DNA of 60,014 bases, counting the filler, from Sphacelaria rigidula (Eukaryota), in the NCBI GenBank assembly GCA_964200075.2. It is 8 parts of 8 records of this genome, joined end to end, with 100 filler letters (N's around TTAATTAATTAA, not from the genome) between each part and the next. Parts side by side here need not be neighbours in the genome. Positions count along the whole stretch, not along the records: positions 1 to 7,415 come from CAXNAA020015031.1; positions 7,516 to 14,930 come from CAXNAA020015032.1; 6 more parts are not named here. The stretch is one strand, 5' to 3'. The position numbers were made by a program, and so were the translations under genes. The notes under the pieces are model-generated. The model saw only the letters and a program-made list of their open reading frames with translations, ran no database searches and was not told the DNA's origin. Each line of letters opens with the position of its first letter. The first letter of the stretch is position 1. Below are positions 1 to 13,450 of this stretch, piece after piece.

Positions 1-220
1 CTTGACAGCGGTCATCACGATATCTTTCTTTACGCAGGGGGAGCATTATACGCTGAGATATCCTTGCTGGCATGCACGCGATGTTGGCTGAAACATGATG
101 AAAAAAAGCGGCGGAATCACGACTTCTGTCTATTTTCAGTATAAAATTCAAAAACTACGGATCTTGAAAATATCAGACGCTAACTACTGTATTTATGTGA
201 TCGAGGTTATCTATATAATA

Positions 221-421
221 CTGTATTTCCCTGTCCCAAAAAATAATAATCCAAACCATCCCGCCCCGACCCAACTCCAACCCCCATTCCGAAATATTGC
301 ATTATATATTATTTATTACTGCGCGTCGGAACAATTAATGTTCAGGGATGGTGAGGTGAGTTTTGGGTTTGGGATTGAATGGGGTTGGATTATTATTTTC
401 TGGGAAAAGGGACCACGACAG
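221..421. mobile_element. Small MITE with imperfect TIRs and TA flanks (Tc1/mariner-type non-autonomous element)
   Basis: Left end TA|CTGTATTTCCCTGTCCCAAAAATAATAATCCAAACC. The right end read as reverse complement is TA|CTGTCGTGGTCCCTTTTCCCAGAAAATAATAATCCAACCCC. Confidence 0.55.
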
Positions 422-999
422 TATCGTTCTCGTGCCATGCATACACCACCGCGAAAAGATGATGAAAAGGTGACGGCGCTGGACAGAAAATGTACAGAAA
501 CATCGGATGTTCAGCAGTATTTGCCACAGGGAAACCACTGCAGTACTTTCGTGATATTTACGCAGGCGGCGTTTTACATGAGCTTTCAGGCATGCCACCG
601 CTCACCCCCGAGAATATTCGATCCTCAAGTTCGAGGTTTGGAAGATACTATGCATCCACTCCATTTCCTGGAACATTATCTCTACACTCAATATTGAAAA
701 ACTGACGGCATGAAGTGATATTGGGGGACACTGCGACTACGAACTCGTAGCTTGTAAACCTCCGGTATTTTTGCTCCATGGGAGCAGTCTATGGAAGCAA
801 CCCCAACCGTTGTCGTGAACAAATGAAGTAGAGTTTTGTTCTATTTATACCTGTTCTTTGCGCCAGAGTCCGAAAACTTGAGATTTTCGACCAGTGACGG
901 TCGACATTCCACGATAAACAAGGTGTTTACTCCGCCCCCACCCCGACAACAACTTGAGGATTATGCCATGAGGGTGATCTGCTTCTGCTTCCAAACTCT

Positions 1000-2440
1000 C
1001 GATAGACGTTAGGGATTTCCAGACGTGAAATAATTCACCACAATCTCAGAAACTTCCCAAACTACGAAATTGCCGGACCGTGCAGAGCATAGCATAATCG
1101 TGACAGCTCTCGTGAACAAACTTGCAAACCCGTATTTTTCATTCCAACAGATCCGTTGCGCTACAGCCTGAAGATATCTCTTGAGGACCTGAAATGGTCA
1201 ACAAGACCCCCGTCGATCCAGCCCGTAGGTCGTTCAATATTGAGTACAGAGATGATTATATTTCAGAACGTGAAGCGGACGCTTGTTGTCGCCTCATCTC
1301 CAACTCCGAGGATCGAACGTGCTCCAGGATGAGCGGTGGAGTGCCAAAACTATGCAAATTTCCACATAGATCTTTCCTTCTAACAATCTCCTGGGTTTAG
1401 CTGGGAACCAATCACCAGGGTATATATCTTTCAACTCGTACCGGTTTGCTTCGCCAGGTAAGGGCAGATGAACTGCGCCTGGTCCGTGCTGCAGGGAGAG
1501 ATCTACTGCCGTATGTTATCCCAGTCCCGACACTGGGCGATTTCCTCCCATGAAGAATCCCAGGATCTGGCCTCACGTCCTAAATATCACCGAGACAGTG
1601 GAATGGCGTCATGGAGGTATAGGGTTAGGGTATACAGACGTCCGGCGGAACACTTGTGCGCACAGAAGGTCAAGAGACAACGCCAACGCCTGTACTGGTG
1701 GCGTGATATAGTCAACATGTGCGTCCCTTGCCCAGGAGCAGTCTTCATTATTGTGATATCTCCATAGGCTATCCCCTTGTACTTGTAACACTCACTCTGT
1801 CTGGAACGCCCGCTGGGTTGCGGGTGCGTATCTCCCGTTGTTCATGGACGCCCAGGACTCGCCAATCTTCTCTGCACGCACTCCCGGATGTTTAATTTTC
1901 AAGTGTAGCTTTTGACACTTCCATCTCTGCCAGCGCAAAGGTCAAGAGTGGGGCATTCACCTGTGGAGGGACAAAAGCACGTCGACAAAACGCAATTTAT
2001 TCTCAAGGCAGATATACATGTAGATAAAATGAACATTTCCCAATTCACGACTCGAGTCGTTTGGTTTGCGCGCGACAGTACAAAAAAAGCGTATGTGTGG
2101 GACCTGAATGTAGTAGCCGGCGAGGATTGATCCAGGTGACTTGAATATGAGTTTGGGCCTGCATGGGGGTCACCAGGGCGTCTGCGTTCAAGGGATGAGA
2201 ACGAGAATGCTCGAGAAAGCAAAATACCTTCATGTGTTATCATGCACTTCGCGTGATATGCAGTAATGTGTGCGATACCCGCGATGAACGCTTGACATAC
2301 ATCGGGCAGATTCTTCAGTGTGGGACGTTTGATCCAGCTTTTCGCACCCGAACAGGGAACATCGCCTTGACATATCTTGCACATTTGCATCATCACCTCA
2401 CCAATATGTCTTACCTATCAGACCCGCCTGGCTCGAGATT
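1000..2440 (-). pseudogene. Heavily decayed coding remnant, possibly a Mutator-like transposase
   Basis: Protein-like pieces spread over several minus-strand frames (CKCARYVKAMFPVRV..KVFCFLEHSRSH; HKCSAGRLYTLTLYLHD; KDIYPG..KIYVEICIV) loosely recall a WRKY/FAR1-like finger and a MULE core. Many stops and frameshifts, and no intact motif. Confidence 0.2.
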
Positions 2441-3662
2441 TCGACAACAGACTCTGGGAAAAATCTAGCTGGACATGAGCAAATACGGCGTCTGCAGTTA
2501 ATTCAAATCTTTCGGGATTTTTCTCGCGTGTATTTTCATGTTCACTTGGATTTTGGGGGGGTATTCTCAAAACCTCGCAGCGAGGCTTGTCAGGAAGATG
2601 GTCTAGGCTCCTCTAGGTGGCGTGATGCGAAGTATCCGAGACAAGCGATGGCATAATCCATGTTTGGCGGCCGAAAACTAGAATAAACGTCCCCAAACTG
2701 AAGAAACAAACGCATAAAAACAGAAATAGGAAACGGTTTACAGCCACTTCTCATTTGTAAAAGAGCTACATCCTGTGAACTTACTTCCTGGCCCTTTTCC
2801 GTCGTTTTACGCCAGAGAGTAGGGCTAGGCGAACGTTGGCCCCTTGGAATGGCTTGCTCTACTCGCTGAGACCATTCCACGGCACTTTGCGGTTTCCGGT
2901 TGCATCAGTTTGTTTCTGGCCAAACTTACGTTTTCAACGACAAACGGCTAATTTATGAAAAATGCCACCTATGATCTCCCATCTCATGTCTTGAAAAATA
3001 TCGTGTTAAATACTGCATTTTGATTTTTCTTAGTGGTTTTAAGCTCGGGAAAGAGGGTTAGGCTGATGTCGCCTGGAATAGCATGCTTCAGGCTCCAGTG
3101 CGAAAAAATACAAAGTTCTGAGTTGATTTCAGTCTCCGGGACAAACACAAGTTCGGACAAAACAAAAATGCGGCAACCAGAAAAACACGCACGTGTGCTG
3201 AAACCGCCTCAAAGAGTACAGCAAGGTCTGTCTAGCTCCCTTGTAGGGCGGGAAACGTACAAGTACCAAAAAGGCAATTTTCCAGGCCTTTCATTTTTAT
3301 AGCACAAAAAAAGCGCTGTCTTTTTTTTCCTCTGTCCATCGTCGTCGGTTTAGGCCTCTCCTTGTGGCAAACAAAATGAAATCTGGAAAACTGCCTTTCA
3401 AGAGCTTTTACGCCTTTTACGCCCGCAACGGAAGCTAGGCGGATTTTGACACCTAGGAAAACCTTATAATATCTGGTGAGGAATAGCAGGAACACTGGAA
3501 AATGAGCTGCAACATAAACAAAATGAAACCTTACATTCGAACGTTACACGTGTCAATGAAAGGTTATCTTGGACGATACACGTTCCATGAAACGTTTCAT
3601 ACTACGTTACATGTAACGAAACGTACCGTTAAAACTTCAATGAAACATCAACGTAACATTAA

Positions 3663-4061
3663 TAGTGTTGGATATTTAAGCATTCAGCGCTTCCATACGA
3701 TATCGACTTTTTCAGCGTCCGATAACGATACTTTTCGATATAATTCGGCGAAGCCTAACCTCGGCGAGCGCATCGAGCGGGCGCTCGCTGTGCGAGCACC
3801 AAATGCCCGCAGCCCGCCCCCCCCCGCCCGCGCGCGGCTGGTGAGACGGCCCCGCTGGAGGCATTGCCGCAGGCGAAAAAACTGGGGTGCATGGCTCTAC
3901 TTCATATTCCCATCGGAAATGGCTTAATCAAGGTCTCCTAGCTAAGGAGAAAGTGTCCAGATTCGACACAACCCGATAGTCACACCGCACGTTTTATCGT
4001 TTTATCGAGCTGTTTTCGATACGATAACGATGACGATATTTCGATACGATATCCACTTCTA
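3663..4061. mobile_element. MITE-like element with CGATA-rich subterminal repeats
   Basis: Ends TAGTGTTGGATAT and ATATCCACTTCTA form an imperfect IR, with repeated cgata/cgataacgat motifs near both ends. A related left end lies at ~10860-10945 in another contig. Confidence 0.5.
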
Positions 4062-5567
4062 AGGCTACTTATGTATAAAAAAATACATTATCAGAAAAGC
4101 TGTTTTTAAACAGCACGATTTTCAACAGAATTTTTCGAAGTAGACTTTCTGACGTGATCGACGCACCATCAACCTTGGAAACGCAGTGTTCACGGTCTTC
4201 CATGACGTGTGCAGGCAAAATTTCAAATTCTGGGGCGCGCCAGAGAGACGCAGCACTCTGCTGGCCTGTCGTGGTGTACGGTCCGTACTGATCGTCTGTA
4301 CTACTGTGATGCACTGCGTGAGCAATACTAGCAATACATGGTGGGCTGCGTGACGCAAGACCATCAATAAGAACACCACCTTGCTGTACCAATTGGCTGT
4401 AGAAGTGACGGGTGTGCTTTTTCACTGCACGGTAGTACTTGACTGAAAGGACAGCACGGACAACAGTACACAACAGTGCTGTATTGTGTGCATTGGCTGT
4501 AGTAGTACAGCAGTAGCACTATTCATAGTCTTGTGTGTACTGTCAGTCCGGTCCTGTCTCTACAAGGCTTGGGTGCGTGCTGTTCGCAACACGCTGCGTG
4601 CACAGACTTGAACTGAGCTACAATACTGTACGGACGACATACAGCTGTCCTATCTGTACAGCAGTCGTCATCGACCCTGCCCTCTGCTGTTCTCATGAGG
4701 TAGAGGGCCACCACGCTACTGACGAGCGAAGGACAATGATGCAACACGCTGAATGCCCGCGAGCACCAGCGACAGAAGTAGTGGTGATGGCAGCCAAGCC
4801 ATCACAGGTGCTGTCGTGGGCTATAAGGTGTGTTCAAACAAGGTTCAAACGCTTTTTCGATAACATTTTTCGATAGCTCAAAATCTTGATTTTCTGATAA
4901 CTTTGGGCTATCGGTAAATGTTATCAGAAAAAATTTCATCAGAAAATGCGTTTTCTGATCACATAATAAGTGGGTTCTTGGTCATTTCAAACATGAGAAG
5001 TAGCCTAAACATTGACCTTTTTTTACGTACCAAACGAAATGTAAACGTGTAACGTGCACGAGCCAGGCCAGCTGACAGTGATTTTGAGCGAAGAGTGGAG
5101 ATGCCATTGGTAATTCGAAGAGTTAGACTAACTTTCATGACAAATCGCGATTTTCTTGGGACGGGGGGACTCAAATTCGTGGACTCGAAATCAGGGGGAC
5201 CCTTTTATGACGCAGACAAAACAGTATCACAGATTTGTGAAACGGTTCTGTACACAGACGGTCATTTTCTCCATGAGTGTGGTACTGCGTACTCGTGCAT
5301 AAAGCCGAAGAACAGGCAGGCGGTAAATAATCCTTCGAGTACAGTGTCGTACCTTGATACCCTAGGGTAATACAGCGCAGGACGCTACGTCAGCAGTACA
5401 GTACATGATAATGCCATGTGGTCGACAGCACAGCCGGTATGGCGAGAACAGAGAACAAACTGTGCGCGAGCAGAGGTCAGTAGTGCAGTGCCGTACATCA
5501 CCCCTCAAGCACAACGACAACAGCTAGGAGAGTACACTAGCGTTTGTTATACTGTAGTGATACATGT

Positions 5568-5740
5568 GGCAGCGCAGTGCAGCATAAAATATTACTATCG
5601 CCACAGGGTATGGCGTCAGCACTTATTATCCGCTTGTCAAACCCCGTGCGAAGTTGCTTCAGCTGGGGCGGGCAGTGGGCACGCCCTGTGCTGTCACGAA
5701 GCTGTCTTCTGTTGCCGTTGCAAGAATATTAAACGCCTCG
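5568..5740 (+). repeat. Dispersed repeat, second copy at ~12035-12203 (- strand)
   Basis: gcagcgcagtgcagcataaaatatt...aagaatattaaacgcct aligns with the reverse complement of ~12035-12203. The pseudo-translations also match (AQCSIKYYYRHRVWRQHLLSA vs AQCSIKYFHRRRIRRQHFLSA). Confidence 0.8.
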
Positions 5741-5796
5741 TACTCTAGCATTGTACATTAATGTCCGTACGTCACCTCAAAAAAATCAGAGTGAGT

Positions 5797-5863
5797 AACG
5801 ATCTCGGAACGATTTGCCCCGATTTTTTCTCGAAAAATCGGGGCAAATCGTTCCGAGATCGTT
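5797..5863. repeat. Perfect 31-bp inverted repeat with a 5-nt loop
   Basis: AACGATCTCGGAACGATTTGCCCCGATTTTT (5797-5827), loop TCTCG, then its exact reverse complement (5833-5863). Confidence 0.95.
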
Positions 5864-5990
5864 TCTCCTCGATTTTTTCGCTCTCGATTTTGGTCCAAAA
5901 TCCGTGTTCATACAAAGCGTTCCCCGATTTTTTCCCCCCCGATTACAAAAATCGAGATTTGTGCTTGCCATTAAAGTGGGTCTTGGAGTG

Positions 5991-6447
5991 ACTCTAACGG
6001 GAGCGGTTCAAAATTCATGTTCAACCCTGTATTTTGGCCCTTCTCCGTCGTTTTACGCCTGAAAAGAGGGCTAGGCGGATGCCGACGCCTTGGAACGACT
6101 TGCTCTACTTGAGACCGTTCTACGGCAACTTTGCATTTTGCGCTGGCCGCACATGTATACTTGGCCAAACAGGGATACTAAAAAAAAACGGTCAAGCGAT
6201 AAAAAAACAGGGGGAAATCTTGATCACCTGACTGTTTGTCACTGAAGATCCGTGTTTGGCCTGATTTGGCCAAAAATAAAAGTGCGGCCAGCGGGAAAGG
6301 CAAATCTGTCGTGGAACGGTCTCGACGAGTATATCAAGTCATTCCAAAGCGTCCACATCCGCCTAGCCCTTGTTTCGGGCGTAAATCGGCGGAGAAGGGT
6401 CCAAAAGGCAGTTTTCGACAGGAATTTTGAACGGCTCTCATTAGAGT
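5991..6447. mobile_element. Foldback/MITE element with ~190-bp imperfect inverted arms
   Basis: actctaacgggagcggttcaaaattc...ggcccttctccgtcgttttacgcc...gggctaggcggatg is mirrored at ~6250-6447. Related copies lie at ~2785-2925 and 32872-33107. Confidence 0.75.
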
Positions 6448-7415
6448 TGGCCTTTAGGCGCTGAAAGTTTGACACGTCATTTTCATCATCAACCCGCGCA
6501 ATCCTATTGGGGGTGCAGAGGAAAAAATAATAAGGAAGTTAGAGCGAGTTGAAGTTTCAGCGAATACAGGAAAAATGCTAATATTTGAAAAATGATAGAA
6601 ACGACAAGGCTCCAACACATACGGGCACTCGCGCCAACGACATTCTGGTCAAGTTTTGGCCAAAAACACCTCAATTTGTGCGCGGCATCGCACTCCTCGT
6701 GTAACACGGCCGCGGACCTTCAATTCAAGTGATACAGGAGAGTCCAATTATCGAGGTCATGGGTTCGAATCCCGACATATTATATTTCTTTTTCGTCCGT
6801 CGTTATTAAGGTCATATATTTGCAGGGCATTTTTCTTCGTTTTTTTCCTTCATTCAGCGGCGGTGCCTTATGTGACTAGGTTGGTCTGCACTTCACAGCG
6901 ATATACTCAAGTCGCACTGATTTGGAAAACTTGAAAAGTTGTGGCGTGGAAAGCGAATGCGGGATTCACTGCTGGCTCAGCTTGTAGACCCCTGGATTTT
7001 ATGCGGCTCGTAAAACAGAAAATGACGATTCGCATATGTATATAATTCAATACAATAAATTCTGCTGTTAACACTACTACGCCGAGATTTGTCACATGGG
7101 CGCGTCGAGCCCGATATCGGATGCATGCTACAGTGTTTGGTATAATCTCAAGATGCTGCCAATCACCATGGGGCGAAGCTTTTCAGCCGCTGGCTCGGTT
7201 GGAGTTCACGCGGTGCATGCACTGTATACCTAGCTAGTTTGGTGAGCCTCTACCGTTCGGATCACAAGCAGGTTGTTCCGTTATATACTACTGTACTGTA
7301 CTACTCGTACAAGCTGGGTGCACACACCTGAATTGCGCAAACATGCATGTATGCGCATAGATTGCGGTCAACGCTGCGCTCCAGCTGCTCTCATCCCACC
7401 ATCACCGCTGGGGAG

Positions 7416-7515
7416 NNNNNNNNNNNNNNNNNNNNNNNNNNNNNNNNNNNNNNNNNNNNTTAATTAATTAANNNNNNNNNNNNNNNNNNNNNNNNNNNNN
7501 NNNNNNNNNNNNNNN
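7416..7515. other. Artificial contig spacer
   Basis: 44 N + TTAATTAATTAA (stops in all six frames) + 44 N. Confidence 0.98.
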
Positions 7516-8099
7516 CGCAACATTATGCTCGTTTCGAGCACGTAATAAGCTTGTCAGAAATCTTAAGCTCGCCTTGAGCTCTGAAAAAGAAGAGCTCATC
7601 TTAACCCTTGAACAGCGAGAGTAGTCTTCTGTTGAATCGACATCAATTCCAAGTGAAAAAAAGTATGCATGATCCAGAAAGACTAATCTCGCGGTCTAAA
7701 GGTTAAGCCGCAAAAAAAAACAAATCAAGCTAAACCTTATGCGGGCATACGAAGCTCAAGCCTTATTCCAAGCCCAATTTTCACCCAATCTCCACATGCT
7801 TCAGATTGTAGTAATCGTCATCGGCTCGGGAATCTAACGGAAAAAATCAAATGCGAAAACGGTTGCTACGGGGGTCGAGTTACACCCGAAACCGTGATGT
7901 TTCGGTGATGTCGGGTGTTGGTGTCGCCTAATTTCCACTCGTGATACGCACAAAAAGACTCGGGAGCCTCGTGACGGTGTCCCTTACATCTGTAGTAGAA
8001 AACCCCAGATCGCCCTCAAACTTGGCAGTTCCGTAGATATTGATGCTCCAAATACAAACAATTGTATTCTCGATAATATTTCCAAGTTTCTACGTTCTA

Positions 8100-8381
8100 C
8101 CGGTCCCCGGGGGTCCCAGTATGAAGATCCCCGGAAGGCGGTACAGAATGCCCCCCCCCCCCCAAAAAAAAAGTGATGCGTCTTAGGATAGTCCAAGGAA
8201 CACATGTACAAAGTTTGGTTGAGAGACTCGTAAAGCTCATACGAGTACAGTTTTTCTTGCCTTGACGTGAAATAAACCCACAAGGACGTTTACATACTAA
8301 AACCAAGTAGTTAAGAGTTGCAAGGACGGGATCGAAGTTGTGTTTCGATGAAGTATCCATTCTGGGACCCCCGTAAACCAG
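8100..8381. mobile_element. MITE with ~24-bp imperfect TIRs
   Basis: Left CCGGTCCCCGGGGGTCCCAGTATG; right reverse complement CTGGTTTACGGGGGTCCCAGAATG; flanks TA and CA. Confidence 0.5.
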
Positions 8382-11300
8382 CACTGCGATTTTCTTCAGT
8401 TTTTTTCGCTAGCGAGCTGTCGCCGCGTAACCCAATGAAGGGCGCCACAAAATTTCGTGGCAACACTCAATTGGCTGATGCTTCAATTTTCATGTTCACG
8501 TCAAGGAAAGCCTAAAAACGCCGTTTTCCTACTAAATCGAGTAGTTAGCGGTTTCACCGCGGCACGGCGAAGTTCATCGCACAACGCGAAAAAACTCCCG
8601 CCGTTTCAAGGAGCTAGACCCCGAAATTTTGCACAACTGTGCTATGGGTCATTACACAACTTTGGATAAACGAGGTTTATTATTATTACTTGTTTATCAT
8701 TTCATGGGAGCCCGACTAAATCGAAGCTTCCTCGTAAAAACTGGAAAACGCGGAAAACGGTGAAAAAGCCAAGAAGTGAAAAACTTCGACCTTCGAAAGT
8801 TGCGCGATGACCCACAACACATTTGTGCAAAAATCCAGGGTCTAACTTCTTGAAGCGGTGTGAGGTTTTGCCAATGATTGTTTTCTAGGTGATGATCGTG
8901 AACCAGCTCGTGGCGCCAACGAAATGCGATCTTTGTACCGAATCATGTCTTGAAAAGTGCTTCTTATTGACTCGCGTACTCGAGTCACACCCGTAGTGTA
9001 CGTACTACAGTGCAGGAGGGAGTACAGTACAAAAGTGAGCAGTGGCACCGGGACCCATAGGGCAGCAGCATGGAAATAGAGCTGCAAGCAGTCAAGCAGA
9101 CAGCGAGTGGTACATTGCCGGCGCAGGGGGTGACTGCGATGCTCGTGTATCGCTATATCCCCATCTTAGTACGGCTGGTGATGTCTTGCCATGGTCGCCA
9201 GCGCTGGCGCCGATGCCAGCGGCAGAGGCTGCCATGCTGACGGGTGCAAGCAGTACCCTGGCGATGCAGTATATCCGCACTCTGCTGTGGGTTACTCCTT
9301 CCATCGGAGCAAGGGGGCTGGGGGCTGGCCCAGCCGGTCGAGCGGTGTACACAAGCGCTCGTTGTGTCTTTACCCAGCCATATTCTGCACCGCGCAAATG
9401 ATGGGGTATGGGTGACATGGAGTTTTAACATTGAAGTGTGTCGACATCACAGCGTCCCGACTGAAACTGTATTATACAGAGAGGAAAATAGTAATACAGC
9501 AGCTCAGGCAATCTCACCGGAGACCAAACCGTCTTCGCACGTTCTAAACAAACCACGGAACGGTGATAACTACAGCACATGAGAGCAGACGTGAGTATGT
9601 TTGTGCTGCAATATAGTGAAACAGGGCATGTCCCATGTTTAAGTTCTTCGGCTGATTTTAAACGGGTCCTCAGCCTTTGCCGGGTAGCGATCTTGAACGC
9701 TCGGCTATATTCGCGCTTCGCCCAAATAATTTAATTCGCAACGAAATATCCTCATGTATAGGTCGTGTGCCGAAAATTAAACTGCGCACGTGACAGATTG
9801 GAATTGCAGACTCGAATCCTTTCCGAAAGTACATCGTGTCTTTCCGAGGTGGCACAATCGGCTAAATCCTGAACCCCGTATTCCGGCGAAAAGCGGCCCT
9901 GAAAATCGCCAAATTAGGCTTGACTCGGGGTTTTTCAATTAGCGTAAGAAGCAGCCTCAGTCAATCTAGGGCTATCGCGTGCGAAGTACATGGGTGCACA
10001 CGCGGTTGCATCGCGAACAGTAGATGGTACACGCATCGGGGACAGTGGATGGTACATGCATTGGGGACAGGTGTCCTGATGCTGTGCGCATCGTGAGTTT
10101 ATGTTCCGAGTTCCCAGCAGTTCTTGGTCCCCACGAAACCGTCAAGGTTCATGGCACTGCATATGCTCCTCTCCATGTAAAATATGATTCTATGTTAGAC
10201 GAGTCAACGATAGTTAAGGCAAATTTTAGTACGGTTCTTCTTACAGAAGCTGTAGAACCTAATAATATGGATGACGGGTATAAAAATTTTGAGCCTATAG
10301 AAGGTTGTCAGTTATAGAATCTTAAAAGAGTTCATAAAGAAAGGGGGGGTGAGTCTTCGCAATTAGGAGGATTAGACGCAACAACTTCAGGTTTACAAAT
10401 GTTGTCACTAATTACAGTCCATACAAAAAATTGATGAATCATGTGGTTCTATGAACGTAACCCGAGGATTAATCTTCAACATATACTAATCCTTCAAAAT
10501 ATGCTTTCTGGAGTTCTAAACAATCAATATTCTCACATAAAAGCAACCGTGAACACAGTATAAGGGATTTGGCGGTATCTTCATTGTATCAACCATTGTT
10601 TGCGTACATTTTTTTCGGTAACCTCTCCTGTCTACTGGTCTGGTCACCATCTTCAGTCTGTCTCACGGAGCTTTGGTCTTCCCAACAGGGATATTCGTCA
10701 GGCCCCAAAATCACCCTGATACGATATTTGGTATCGTGATAATGACGTATTTTTCGAGGTATCTCAAACTCAGGTCATGGTGATTTATTGCATCATTCTA
10801 GGTACCGTGTCTCAAACTCAAGGTTCTCCGTATATTCGAGAGTGAACAGCTCTATTAACTGTTGTATATCGAACCTTTTTAAGCATTTCGATACGATATC
10901 GCCTTCTTCAGCGTTCCACGACGATAATTTTCGGCGAAGCCGGCTTCGCAAAATAATGCGCTAAGTTACGCCCTGATCAAGAGGAAGGTGCCCATCTGCT
11001 CTCAAGTCTGGGCCAATACTTTCTCGTTGATTGCACCCCATGTCTAGTAATTCCTATACCGTACGGAGATAGCGTCCACACCAAAGTCTAAATGAAACCC
11101 CGAACAATGTGTACAGCAGATGATGACGAATTTTGGCGTGTACATTCTCTGGAGCACGGGGAGACGATTGATACCGCCACCTTCGTCTAACTCGTCATCC
11201 ATCTCGTATCTCAAAATATGGCGCACATGAGCTTCTATACTGAAATCTATATTATTCGAGCAAAGGCCCTAAATGAGTTGATCTGGGTACGAGTATCGCG

Positions 11301-13450
11301 TCTCAGTTTTTGAGAGTTGTGCGTTGAAATTTCGTAAGTTGAATCGCTAGCGCATAAAAAGACCCCTTCCCCCCCCGTCCCTTCATTTTTTTTTTCTTCA
11401 TTTTTTCGTTTTTTCAGGGGAGTTTGGAGGAAAAATAGACGATGCTTTCGAACCTATAATAGCTCCAGGTTTTTAGCTCAATTTCAATTGTCGGTTGAAA
11501 CTCATGATGGAGAATCGCAAAGGCATGCCGAAGAAAATAAAATGGACCTTCATTTTTTGTTTTGTGGGAGATTTGGGCGTTCTCGTAGAATCATGGTCAA
11601 CTCAGCTAAAATGTCCTGAACAAGTAAAAATATTGATGAAAATGAACCTTCCCCACCTTGTTTTGTTCATTACGGCCTAGCCAGTTCCAACACAAGATTT
11701 CAATCACAAGTACCGAACCTGGGCGGGTGAGTGGCCTGCAAAATACTGTTCCGAATTTCTACCGCCCTGGTTTTTAGAAAGCCCGTTCGCAAAGCAATAT
11801 TTGGATCATTTCATGTGTCAGCAACAGAAACGGATCTGTAGGCAGATAGAGGGACCTCAAATCGGTAAACGCCTTGTATGGAGCCCAATTTGGCCCAAAT
11901 CGTGGAAGCTGAGGTTTGTATGTCACGATTTGAGAACGGTTTTCCCCGAATCTGAGCGCAGTTGGGGGGAAATCGAGGTCCCCCCAATCTGTGAGAATTG
12001 ACGTGCGTAAGTTGACGTACGATGTTGGGGCTACAGGCGTTTGATATTTTTGCAAAAACAGCAGCAGACAGTCTTGTGACGGCACAGATGGTGCCTCCCA
12101 GCGGCAGTTGCTGGAGCAGTTTCGCACGGGGTTTCCCAAGCGGATAAGAAGTGTTGACGGCGTATTCTGCGGCGGTGGAAATATTTTATGCTGCACTGCG
12201 CTGATGTATCTATCATCACAATGAACGGTACTGTTCTATCCTAGACTCTGCTGTCGCTGTAGTTGCAGGGTGATGGATAACACTGCAATCGTGAACTCTT
12301 GTCGCCTCGGGCAAGGGGTGCAGAGTGTTCCCTAGGCAAAGTGTGCGTTGCCAGAGCTTAAATCGACGCCTTTCAGCCGATTTTGGACTGGACAAGCTGG
12401 GTCCACTGCTCACCTGCCCCAGACCATGAGTTTTCTCAAAACTTTTTTCAGTCTAAAATCAAGTAAAATCGAGTACCAACCATTGTTCACGTACAAATCC
12501 TCAGCTCCACTGGCTGAGACACGCCCTAAGAGCACCCTGGGAGCTTAGTTCCCATCAAAGATCCGGATCTTGGTATTCGAACTAAAACCGAGTCGGATGA
12601 ACAAACCCTCATCAAGTGCTGAACTCCACTGTGCCCCGTTTCCATGAGCATGTCTCATCAAATTATTTATCAATCGATAAAGAGCGGCGAAGAAGAAAAA
12701 TCGAATCTGATTGATCAGGAGAGTTTGACATTCGGATGAACACAATTCTTCAATGGGTCTTCCGTTTTCGTACATGTTCGCCTTCCATGTTCCCCTCTTG
12801 TATACGAGGCTCGCTTCAGCTGGTGGGAATTTACTGATACAGGGGGTATGAGAGCACCCCCGACGTCCGCTGTTGTCTGTTACACAAGAAATGGAGTTGG
12901 GGGAAAGAACCAATGCTCCACGAGTAGCGTGAGGTAGTGTCGTGAAGGTGGAGAATGCAAGCTGGCTATCTTCTAGCCCATACGGTTGACGGTAAAATAT
13001 TCCTTCCTCTCCCTTGCCGCACGGAAGCCTTCCAAGGGTGTTTTCGGTACGGTAAATGCTCGGGTAATTACTCTCCCGAAGTTCGTGTTGCGGTGGTCCG
13101 ATCTCCAAACTCTACAAACACATTGGGTAGAATCAGGTACGATCGCATTACTCTCCCTAACATCTGGGCATTCGTGAGTACGATCTCAGAGCTCTAGCCA
13201 AATTTAGGGTGCTTGGGAGTACAATTTTTGAAAATGCCCCAATGTACGAAGTGCCTTTCACCCAACACACCCTTCAAGTCTCCCAGCGTCAAAACCAGTC
13301 ACCATGTAATAAATGCCAGGACAAGACACATCACATCGGTAAGGTGGAAGCCGAATGAAAACCCACACGATATCTCTTCCATTTTACCCCTTCTCCTCTT
13401 CCCCCCACTCCACCTCATCCATTTTCTACGGTCGCATTCCGCGTTTACAG

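Noticed and set aside
95-697. 200-aa ORF
   Set aside because: It reads through a MITE and AT-rich repeat sequence, and its composition is not protein-like.
6715-6780. tRNA gene (GGTTCGAATCCC B box), and a similar motif at ~49705-49750 (-)
   Set aside because: No cloverleaf or acceptor stem; more likely decayed SINE heads.
7460-7471. Recurrent TTAATTAATTAA palindrome at ~7.5-kb intervals
   Set aside because: Always centred in 44+44 Ns, so it is an assembly linker and not a biological repeat or CRISPR-like array.
9042-9431. GC-rich cluster of overlapping ORFs
   Set aside because: Open frames on both strands are explained by GC content, with no motif or convincing splice pair.
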